From positions 1 through 25,768 of the IMG/VR virus record IMGVR_UViG_3300032233_002160: a DNA stretch of 25,768 nt; one strand, given 5' to 3'. The stretch comes from a virus (lineage: Duplodnaviria; Caudoviricetes). The position numbers and the translations under genes are program-made. The notes under the pieces were generated by a model. The model had not been told where the DNA came from. It did not search any database and was given only the letters and a program-made list of their open reading frames with translations. Numbering within the stretch: position 1 is the stretch's first letter; each line of letters starts with the position of its first letter. Of the stretch, positions 1-5,940 are shown piece by piece.

Positions 1-480
1 ACTATTGATAAAGGTAGTGTGGAAGCATCTAAGGCAGCATTCAAACCCGTAACTCCATCTAAAGCAATTGCAGCTGCTCCTAGCACCTCTGCTGCTGCTT
101 CTGGTGGCAATGCCGTTTCAGCAACTAATGCAATTGCTGCTGCTCCAAAACCAAAACCAATGGTTCCAACAAGAATGCCTCTTGCCCAATCATTTGAGTA
201 TGATGCTTATGACCTTGTACTTGAGTATCTCCTCTCACAGGGTCACGCAGAGACCGTTGCGGAGGCACAATACCTTATGACCGAGATGGATGCTGAGATG
301 ATTGGTGGTATTGTTGAAGGTATTGCTGATAGAACTGCTAATGCAGTTGGACATCAGAGAGCAGGTACTCTTGGTGATGCTGATGAAATGAGAAAAAATC
401 AAGACGCCACATCTGCATCTATTGGTAAAATGAAAAGGGGTTCTGGAGCAAAAGTTACTCCTACTCTACCTGGAGTTTGA
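1..480 (+). CDS. Hypothetical phage protein, 5'-truncated; Ala/Pro-rich linker followed by an acidic helical domain
   Basis: Frame 1 is open from base 1 (TIDKGSVEASK...), so the listed GTG at 19 is probably internal. Stop at 478-480, followed by a terminator. Confidence 0.75.
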   Translation, partial: TIDKGSVEASKAAFKPVTPSKAIAAAPSTSAAASGGNAVSATNAIAAAPKPKPMVPTRMPLAQSFEYDAYDLVLEYLLSQGHAETVAEAQYLMTEMDAEMIGGIVEGIADRTANAVGHQRAGTLGDADEMRKNQDATSASIGKMKRGSGAKVTPTLPGV

Positions 481-504
481 CACTATTTTTCAAACCGTAC
501 ACTA

Positions 505-531
505 AGAGGGCTTGACAAGTCCTCTTTTTTT
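505..531 (+). terminator. Intrinsic terminator carrying a sigma70 -35 box (PeSL-like)
   Basis: AGAGGGCTT-GAC-AAGTCCTCT hairpin followed by a T run. Confidence 0.8.
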
Positions 532-540
532 GTATAGACT
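512..540 (+). promoter_or_regulatory. sigma70-type early promoter
   Basis: TTGACA(512-517)-17 nt-TAGACT(535-540). Confidence 0.7.
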
Positions 541-558
541 AGGTTTGTCTGGGTTGAA

Positions 559-566
559 GATAAATA
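559..566 (+). promoter_or_regulatory. T4-like late promoter
   Basis: GATAAATA, 22 nt upstream of ATG 589. Confidence 0.6.
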
Positions 567-588
567 ATAGCTCATAAGATTACATTAT

Positions 589-1044
589 ATGAGTTATGAG
601 AACCCATGGAGATTCAATGGGGAAATTTTTGAATCAGATCATATAGAAGATTATTTTGGATTTGTATATCATATTCACTCTAAGATCACCGGTAGAAGTT
701 ACATAGGACGCAAGTACTTTTGGTCGTTCAGAACTCCTCCTGGTAAGAAACGGAAGTCTAAGCAAGAATCTGATTGGAAAAAATATTATGGTTCTTGTCC
801 AGAACTTAAAGAAGATGTAGTAAAATATGGTAAAGAATGGTTTGAAAGAAAAATAATATCCTTACATAAGACCAAGGGTAAATGTAATTTTGAAGAAACA
901 AGACAACTTTTCCTAAATAATGTACTGACCGAAGCACTTGACACTGGGGTTCCTGCGTACTACAATAGTAACATACTCTCCAGATACTTTAGGAAGGATT
1001 ACTTTGATGGAAACCTTGGAACAGACTCTTCGGACATCACATGA
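589..1044 (+). CDS. GIY-YIG family endonuclease
   Basis: GFVY...YIGRK motif, followed by YYGS and a downstream EE(TR) helix with a conserved Asn (YYNSNI). Confidence 0.8.
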   Translation: MSYENPWRFNGEIFESDHIEDYFGFVYHIHSKITGRSYIGRKYFWSFRTPPGKKRKSKQESDWKKYYGSCPELKEDVVKYGKEWFERKIISLHKTKGKCNFEETRQLFLNNVLTEALDTGVPAYYNSNILSRYFRKDYFDGNLGTDSSDIT

Positions 1045-1207
1045 CTGGGCAATTGATAGAATTCACATTCTAAGTGATAAAAAGAATTATGATGATGCTC
1101 ATGCAATTCAATCAGAATTTAGTGAATGGTTGAATCCAGATATTCCTGATCATGATATCTTTTCATTAGTATACATAGGAGAATCCGATGAAAGTAGATC
1201 TTCATAA
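1007..1207 (+). CDS. Hypothetical protein (66 aa)
   Basis: ATG at 1007 with AGGAAGGA upstream; overlaps both neighbouring genes as in a phage operon. Confidence 0.65.
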   Translation: METLEQTLRTSHDWAIDRIHILSDKKNYDDAHAIQSEFSEWLNPDIPDHDIFSLVYIGESDESRSS

Positions 1208-1877
1208 CTTTTTTCTACATTATGATCCAAATAATCCGAAACATGTTGCTGCAGTAGAGGAACTTGAAAAGGATTTGGATGTAGTTAATTTACTTGATGA
1301 TGAATCTAACTGGGTCAAAATTTTCAGAGAAAAGGCACCAGTTCCTGCACCTACAGGGGTTTTGCCTGTTCCATATTTTCCACAAACAGACAATTATAGA
1401 GATGCTGATAGAACTTGCAACTCTTCATCGTGTGCTATGTGCCTTGAGTTTTTAAAACCAGGAACTTTAAAAGGAGCAAAGGGCGATGATGCCTACGTTC
1501 AAAAAGTATTCTCAATTGGTGATACAACAGATCACTCAGTTCAGACTAAAGTTCTCTCCTCTTATGGAGTTCAGTCTGATTTCCGTACAAATCTTGGGTT
1601 TTCTGATTTGGATAAAAGTTTATCTGCTGGGAAACCTGTTGTTATTGGCATACTTCACAGGGGTCCTATATCTGCTCCTCGTGGTGGTCACATGGTTGTA
1701 GTCATTGGTAAGAAGGGTCAAGATTATATTGTGAATGATCCTTATGGTAGTTTGAATGATGGATATACTGGTAATGTAACCAATGGTAAGGGTGCTGTAT
1801 ATAAGAGATCTGAACTTTCTCAGAGATGGTTGGAGTATGGTAAAGATAGAACTGGTTGGGGAAGAATTTTTAAATGA
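1188..1877 (+). CDS. Peptidase C39-like protein (putative peptidoglycan hydrolase)
   Basis: VPYFPQ...TCNSSSCAM (catalytic Cys), GGHMVVVIG (His) and VNDPYG (Asp); Shine-Dalgarno AGGAG upstream. Confidence 0.8.
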   Translation: MKVDLHNFFLHYDPNNPKHVAAVEELEKDLDVVNLLDDESNWVKIFREKAPVPAPTGVLPVPYFPQTDNYRDADRTCNSSSCAMCLEFLKPGTLKGAKGDDAYVQKVFSIGDTTDHSVQTKVLSSYGVQSDFRTNLGFSDLDKSLSAGKPVVIGILHRGPISAPRGGHMVVVIGKKGQDYIVNDPYGSLNDGYTGNVTNGKGAVYKRSELSQRWLEYGKDRTGWGRIFK

Positions 1878-2491
1878 CTATAAAATTTATTGATGCTGTA
1901 AAAAATTATAAGAATTTACCACAACAGAATGATGCCTGGATGTTTCTTCAGGCATCAGTTCATAAAGAAATTCTTGATGAATTTGCAAGAAGATATCGTA
2001 ATGAAAAAATAGAACCTACATTTGAAGGAATACCAATTCCTGGCGTTGAATTGATAAAAAAGTTTGAAGGTTGCCATCTGAAAGCATATTATGATCCTTT
2101 GACTGGAGGACTTCCTATTACAATTGGGTGGGGAAGTACTCGCAGAAAAGATGGAACTGGGTTTATGATTGGTAGTACAATCACTCAAGAACAGGCAGAT
2201 GATTTGTTGTATTTTCAACTTCGTCGTGAGTATCTACCAACACTTAAAAAAATCCCACACTGGAATGAAATGAATGAGAATCAACAAGGAGCACTTTTAT
2301 CTTTTGCTTATAATCTTGGTGCTAATTTCTACGGGGATCCCAATTTTAATACCATAACCAGAGTTCTTAAAAATAAAGAGTGGGGTAAAGTTCCTGACAC
2401 TCTTTATCTGTATAGAAATGCTGGAACTAGTGTGGAATCGGGACTAGCAAAAAGAAGAAAAGTAGAAGGAGATTTATGGAATCGTAAATAA
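1874..2491 (+). CDS. Phage lysozyme (GH24) endolysin
   Basis: LIKKFEG..L.AY.D....PITIGWG, ALLSFAYNLG and GLAKRRKVE motifs; ATGA overlap with the upstream gene. Confidence 0.9.
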   Translation: MTIKFIDAVKNYKNLPQQNDAWMFLQASVHKEILDEFARRYRNEKIEPTFEGIPIPGVELIKKFEGCHLKAYYDPLTGGLPITIGWGSTRRKDGTGFMIGSTITQEQADDLLYFQLRREYLPTLKKIPHWNEMNENQQGALLSFAYNLGANFYGDPNFNTITRVLKNKEWGKVPDTLYLYRNAGTSVESGLAKRRKVEGDLWNRK

Positions 2492-2638
2492 TTTCCTACC
2501 TCTTCTCCAGGTTCTACGAATTGCAGATCGAACTTCTGGTGGTTGAGATTTAGGTTGAACTCTTCGGTTTTCCATAAACAATCCATCATGAGTCAATAAT
2601 CGAAATAGCACTACTGCTAAAAGAATAAGTTTCTTCAT
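2474..2638 (-). CDS. Small hypothetical protein (54 aa, MKKLILLAVVLFRLLT...), hydrophobic N-terminus and basic C-terminus
   Basis: Translated by hand; GGAG upstream; ATGA-coupled to the upstream ORF. Confidence 0.6.
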   Translation of the reverse strand: MKKLILLAVVLFRLLTHDGLFMENRRVQPKSQPPEVRSAIRRTWRRGRKLFTIP

Positions 2639-2745
2639 TCTTTAGTCTCCAAATATGCTAATCTTAATATGTAATAGATGCACCACATAGTAAAAACTAA
2701 ACCTGATCCAAGTATTATACATACTCCCCAAGGAAACTCATTCAT
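2635..2745 (-). CDS. Small single-TM protein (36 aa, MNEFPWGVCIILGSGLVFTMWCIYYILRLAYLETKE)
   Basis: Translated by hand; GGAGGA upstream; overlaps both neighbours. Confidence 0.6.
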   Translation of the reverse strand: MNEFPWGVCIILGSGLVFTMWCIYYILRLAYLETKE

Positions 2746-2935
2746 CCCATTCCTCCTGTCTGTGTATCCATACTTTTAAATCTTTTACATATTTTCTTAA
2801 TATTTGTGCTTGTTCTTCATGCCATGGATCTCCCGTTTCCATTCCGATCCTTGTGTGATTATCTATTGCATTAAGTATTTTGTGAATGGGAGCATTCCAA
2901 CACTCACGCTTCGGAGTATTCCATTCGCGTGCCAT
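2738..2935 (-). CDS. Hypothetical protein (65 aa, MAREWNTPKRECW...)
   Basis: ORF track; part of a tightly packed minus-strand operon. Confidence 0.7.
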   Translation of the reverse strand: MAREWNTPKRECWNAPIHKILNAIDNHTRIGMETGDPWHEEQAQILRKYVKDLKVWIHRQEEWDE

Positions 2936-2941
2936 GATTAA

Positions 2942-3055
2942 TTACTTTTTCTTACCACCATTTTTAGCCTTCTTCGCAGTCGCATTACCTTGGTTTTGTT
3001 TGGATTGCTTTCCACCAGCAGATCCCTTCTTACCCTTATTTGCTGATTTGGCCAT
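2942..3055 (-). CDS. Small Lys/Gly-rich basic protein (37 aa, MAKSANKGKKGSAGGKQSKQNQGNATAKKAKNGGKKK)
   Basis: Translated by hand; directly downstream of a minus-strand late promoter. Confidence 0.65.
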   Translation of the reverse strand: MAKSANKGKKGSAGGKQSKQNQGNATAKKAKNGGKKK

Positions 3056-3066
3056 TTTTTAGGCAT

Positions 3067-3094
3067 TTGACATACCATCTATTTATGCTATAAT
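3067..3094 (+). promoter_or_regulatory. sigma70-type promoter with extended -10
   Basis: TTGACA(3067-3072)-16 nt-TATAAT(3089-3094), in a TGnTATAAT context. Confidence 0.65.
3080..3087 (-). promoter_or_regulatory. T4-like late promoter for the minus-strand micro-ORF operon
   Basis: CATAAATA on the minus strand, 24 nt upstream of ATG 3055. Confidence 0.6.
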
Positions 3095-3117
3095 ATCAAA
3101 AGTTCAAATCTATTTTT

Positions 3118-3318
3118 ATGACAGAACAACAAGAACATCTTACAAATCTGCTCAATCAACGGCAACAACTCTCTCAGGAACTTGAAACTCTTCAGGGACA
3201 AACGAACTCTAAGAGAGAACTTTTTTTCAAAGTTCAGGGAGTTATTGAATATTTGACTCAAATTGGAGTAGTGCTTCCCGAACCTGAACCAGTTGAAGAA
3301 GTGTCCGAGGATGCTTGA
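3118..3318 (+). CDS. Hypothetical coiled-coil protein
   Basis: ORF with heptad Leu/Gln/Glu pattern downstream of a promoter. Confidence 0.7.
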   Translation: MTEQQEHLTNLLNQRQQLSQELETLQGQTNSKRELFFKVQGVIEYLTQIGVVLPEPEPVEEVSEDA

Positions 3319-3343
3319 CAAAAAATAAATAGTAACTTATTAT
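3315..3343 (+). promoter_or_regulatory. sigma70 promoter with nested late promoter
   Basis: TTGACA(3315-3320)-17 nt-TATTAT(3338-3343); AATAAATA at 3324-3331. Confidence 0.65.
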
Positions 3344-3348
3344 GAGAA

Positions 3349-3460
3349 ATTCCTAACACAGGAATAACATCATGAGAATTTGATGTGATATTAGAGCCCA
3401 GGAAAGTGCCCTCCGAGAGGAGTGGTGTACCCCCTTTCTATTGGGATGTAGAGTTCAATT
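3349..3460 (+). ncRNA. Candidate structured 5' leader / cis-regulatory RNA
   Basis: Hairpins ATTCCT/AGGAAT and ACATCA/TGATGT, then a long interrupted stem GAGC/GTTC, CCCA-GGAAAG/CTTTCT-AT-TGGG capped by CTCC-GAGA-GGAG (GNRA loop). Confidence 0.5.
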
Positions 3461-3467
3461 AAACTTA

Positions 3468-4103
3468 ATGCAAAATTTCTTTACAGTAGCCCTGCCTCTT
3501 TTGGCATCGGTTACAACCAGTTCGGCAACACTGCCTGTAGTATTTCCTCCATTATTGAGTGGTCCTCCACCATTTTCTGTTATTAAGGAGTTTGATACAA
3601 CGACAGCGACCAAAGAGGTTGCTCCCGATAAGACAAAAGAGAAAAGGCTAATTTGTAAAGGGTGTTCAAATCAAGAGCAAATTGCTCTCGATTATTTCCA
3701 AGACGTTGGAATTAAAGACAGAAACGCCCTTGCTACTATCATGGGCAATATTAGACAAGAATCAACATTCGTGCCTAATGTTTGTGAAGGTGGTAGCAGG
3801 ATTCAGTACCATCACTGCTCAGGTGGTTATGGTCTAATCCAATGGACATCTGCGAATCGTTACTATGGATTGGGTGATTTTGCTAAGAGGTATGGTGGTT
3901 CTCCATCAGCACTTAATACGCAACTTCGTTATCTTACAAATGAGGTTCAGTGGAAGAGGATTGAGGAGAAGATGAAAACTCCTGGTAAATCCATATACTC
4001 CTACATGAACACTGCATATAGTTGGATTGGTTGGGGGCATCATGGTGCTCGCACATCCTATGCCCATGATTATGCTTCTCGACTAGTTCAAGTAGAGGTC
4101 TGA
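3468..4103 (+). CDS. Exported cell-wall hydrolase with phage tail lysozyme-like domain
   Basis: Signal-like N-terminus from ATG 3468; ALATIMGNIRQES and GYGLIQWT motifs. Confidence 0.75.
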   Translation: MQNFFTVALPLLASVTTSSATLPVVFPPLLSGPPPFSVIKEFDTTTATKEVAPDKTKEKRLICKGCSNQEQIALDYFQDVGIKDRNALATIMGNIRQESTFVPNVCEGGSRIQYHHCSGGYGLIQWTSANRYYGLGDFAKRYGGSPSALNTQLRYLTNEVQWKRIEEKMKTPGKSIYSYMNTAYSWIGWGHHGARTSYAHDYASRLVQVEV

Positions 4104-4109
4104 TAAATA
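4102..4109 (+). promoter_or_regulatory. T4-like late promoter
   Basis: GATAAATA, 30 nt upstream of ATG 4140. Confidence 0.55.
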
Positions 4110-4136
4110 GGGGGGAGAGAAGTTCTTCCCCCTTTT
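4110..4136 (+). terminator. Intrinsic terminator-like hairpin
   Basis: G-run/GAGA ... TCTT/C-run stem followed by TTTT. Confidence 0.6.
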
Positions 4137-4139
4137 CTT

Positions 4140-4436
4140 ATGCCGATTGAAAACAATCCACAAAGCTTAAATGATAGTATTGATATTGCCGCAGAAGCAG
4201 AATATCTTAAACTAACAAGTAATGTTGGTGATGTTAAATTAAATTCTTCTAATGAGATAGAACTTCAACCAAAGGGAACTATATTTGGTGCTAGAATTAA
4301 AGCAGAAGAAAATGGAACTATAACTCCCTCGTTAACCTTTGATACTAAAAAACTTTGGACTAAAAACGAAAAATTTAATCCAAAAGATATTGTAGACCAG
4401 GCATTAACAGATTTTTTGGACAATCAAAATGTTTAA
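4140..4436 (+). CDS. Hypothetical protein
   Basis: ORF downstream of a late promoter; overlaps the next gene. Confidence 0.7.
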   Translation: MPIENNPQSLNDSIDIAAEAEYLKLTSNVGDVKLNSSNEIELQPKGTIFGARIKAEENGTITPSLTFDTKKLWTKNEKFNPKDIVDQALTDFLDNQNV

Positions 4437-4869
4437 AATATTCGAGATTAGGGAAGGAAAATTTACTGCCTTTCCTCAGTTAAGTCCTAAAAAAATCAAA
4501 GGATTTTTTATAATTTCTGCTGTGATGATAGGTATCTCTTTATTATCTGGATGGTTGAATATATCAGAAAAACAACTTTGGAAGTATTATCAACTTTTAC
4601 TTGAGCAATTAAATGTAAAATATGAATTGCCCGAATTAAAAAATAATCAAGATAAACTAGATGCAAGAGTAGAACTTGCAGTTGATAGAGCACTTGCTGA
4701 AGTAACTGCAGAATATGACCTAATTATTGCAGAAGCAGATAAAAAATATAAACCAAAATATGTGGACGGGGTAAATGACGAGACAGTGTGTTATACTGAT
4801 GAATGTAAGACACTTGCACCCCCAATGAGACTTTGTTCTCCATGGGTTGACGACTGCCCTAAAGAGTGA
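4429..4869 (+). CDS. Hypothetical membrane-anchored protein with C-terminal Cys cluster
   Basis: TM segment GFFIISAVMIGISLLSGWL; C-terminal CYTDEC...LCSPWVDDC. Confidence 0.75.
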   Translation: MFKIFEIREGKFTAFPQLSPKKIKGFFIISAVMIGISLLSGWLNISEKQLWKYYQLLLEQLNVKYELPELKNNQDKLDARVELAVDRALAEVTAEYDLIIAEADKKYKPKYVDGVNDETVCYTDECKTLAPPMRLCSPWVDDCPKE

Positions 4870-4875
4870 TATAAT
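4847..4875 (+). promoter_or_regulatory. sigma70 promoter for the tRNA cluster
   Basis: TTGACG-17 nt-TATAAT, 8 nt upstream of tRNA-Arg. Confidence 0.75.
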
Positions 4876-4883
4876 ACTCTCAT

Positions 4884-4957
4884 GTCTCAGTAGCACAGCG
4901 GATTAGTGCAACATCCTTCTAAGATGTGGGTCGGGGGTTCGAATCCCTCCTGGGACG
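4884..4957 (+). tRNA. tRNA-Arg(TCT)
   Basis: Acceptor GTCTCAG/CTGGGAC; anticodon arm ACATC-CTTCTAA-GATGT; GGTTCGAATCC. Confidence 0.95.
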
Positions 4958-5003
4958 TTGGAGTAGTCGTTATGCCCATAGCATAGAAAGACGCTCCTTA
5001 TAA

Positions 5004-5076
5004 TCCCCTATAGCTCAATTGGCAGAGTATTTGACTGTTAATCAAAGTGTTCCTGGTTCGAGTCCAGGTGGGGGAG
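5004..5076 (+). tRNA. tRNA-Asn(GTT)
   Basis: Acceptor TCCCCTA/TGGGGGA; anticodon arm TTTGA-CTGTTAA-TCAAA; GGTTCGAGTCC. Confidence 0.95.
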
Positions 5077-5079
5077 CCT

Positions 5080-5151
5080 GCCTCTGTAGCTCAGTGGTAG
5101 AGCAGCGGTTTTGTAAACCGCTGGTCGCAAGTTCGAATCTTGTCGGAGGCT
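5080..5151 (+). tRNA. tRNA-Thr(TGT)
   Basis: Acceptor GCCTCTG/CGGAGGC; anticodon arm GCGGT-TTTGTAA-ACCGC; GTTCGAATC. Confidence 0.95.
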
Positions 5152-5152
5152 C

Positions 5153-5181
5153 TTGACATAATATTCGTTATGTCTTATACT
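5153..5181 (+). promoter_or_regulatory. sigma70 promoter
   Basis: TTGACA-17 nt-TATACT. Confidence 0.75.
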
Positions 5182-5203
5182 TCACAAGTCCGTGTGGAGG
5201 AGA

Positions 5204-5226
5204 ACACTTCCCTAAATAGGAAGTGT
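5204..5226 (+). promoter_or_regulatory. Hairpin with a late promoter in its loop, upstream of the HNH gene
   Basis: ACACTTCC-CTAAATA-GGAAGTGT, a perfect 8-bp inverted repeat. Confidence 0.7.
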
Positions 5227-5240
5227 ATGTGCTAAATCAA

Positions 5241-5705
5241 ATGAGAACTAAAACTGAATTATTAAATGCAGTTGAAGCATCTCAATCGATGGCTGAGGTC
5301 ATAAGGAGATTAGGTCTTAATAAAAGTAGTGGTACTTATACTACTATAAAAAAAGAACTTAAATATCACAATATACAACTTAATTTTAAAAATCGTAGTA
5401 GATCAACTATTAGATATAAAAATGAAGAAATATTTTGTGAAAATTCTACTTATGATAGATCAACTCTTAGGAATAAAATTATTAAAGAATTAATTCTTGA
5501 ATATAAGTGTTCTGATTGTGATATAATTGATTGGAATGGGAAAAAACTTTCTCTCCAATTGGATCATATAAACGGAGTTCCTAATGATAATAGGATGGAA
5601 AATCTAAGATTTCTTTGTCCCAATTGTCATTCTCAAACAAAAACTTGGGGGAATAAAAATAATCCCCCGACCGAGAGTGATGCCAAAAGTAAGGCACCCC
5701 GATAA
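5241..5705 (+). CDS. HNH homing endonuclease (free-standing; start may be GTG 5223)
   Basis: CSDC...LQLDHINGVPNDNRMENLRFLCPNCHSQT; HTH-like N-terminus SMAEVIRRLGL. Confidence 0.9.
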   Translation: MRTKTELLNAVEASQSMAEVIRRLGLNKSSGTYTTIKKELKYHNIQLNFKNRSRSTIRYKNEEIFCENSTYDRSTLRNKIIKELILEYKCSDCDIIDWNGKKLSLQLDHINGVPNDNRMENLRFLCPNCHSQTKTWGNKNNPPTESDAKSKAPR

Positions 5706-5742
5706 GGGATACAGTAGAAGGATGCGAAACCTTCCACTCTCA
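5673..5742 (+). ncRNA. Aberrant tRNA-like element (pseudo-tRNA or tRNA mimic)
   Basis: GAGAGTG/CACTCTC+A acceptor; TGCC-AAAAGTAA-GGCA D arm; CCC-CGATAA-GGG short anticodon arm; GAAGG-ATGCGAAA-CCTTC T arm. Confidence 0.65.
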
Positions 5743-5810
5743 CAAACATTAGGTAAGTAAAGTAAAAGGAGCATGGGAACCAGTAATGGAGATACCGCAC
5801 CTGCCTATAT

Positions 5811-5882
5811 GCGAAATTAATTCAGCGGTAGAATGTCTGCCTTCCAAGCAGAACGTCAGGAGTTCGAATCTCCTATTTCGCT
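5811..5882 (+). tRNA. tRNA-Gly(TCC)
   Basis: Acceptor GCGAAAT/ATTTCGC; anticodon arm TCTGC-CTTCCAA-GCAGA; GTTCGAATC. Confidence 0.95.
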
Positions 5883-5900
5883 TCCCCAATTCTTGGGGTT

Positions 5901-5908
5901 ACTAAATA
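5901..5908 (+). promoter_or_regulatory. T4-like late promoter upstream of the porin
   Basis: ACTAAATA. Confidence 0.5.
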
Positions 5909-5919
5909 ATCCTCGTAGT

Positions 5920-5935
5920 TGTAAATCTTAATACA
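5920..5935. promoter_or_regulatory. Candidate NtcA box
   Basis: TGTA-AATCTTAA-TACA matches TGTA-N8-TACA, 5 nt before the porin ATG. Confidence 0.4.
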
Positions 5936-5940
5936 ATCTT

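Noticed and set aside
3398-3410. AGGAAAGTGCC resembling the RNase P RNA GAGGAAAGUCC motif
   Set aside because: The region is far too short and lacks the 3' P4 strand.
3441-3467. TTG start for the hydrolase gene
   Set aside because: Lies inside the predicted RNA stem; ATG 3468 gives a signal-like N-terminus.
5673-5807. tmRNA (including two-piece) or RNase P RNA
   Set aside because: No G3-U70 alanine acceptor, no tag reading frame and no RNase P P4 consensus.
5182-5810. Group I intron hosting the HNH ORF
   Set aside because: No convincing P7 (R/S) core pairing and no interrupted host gene; the flanking tRNAs are intact.
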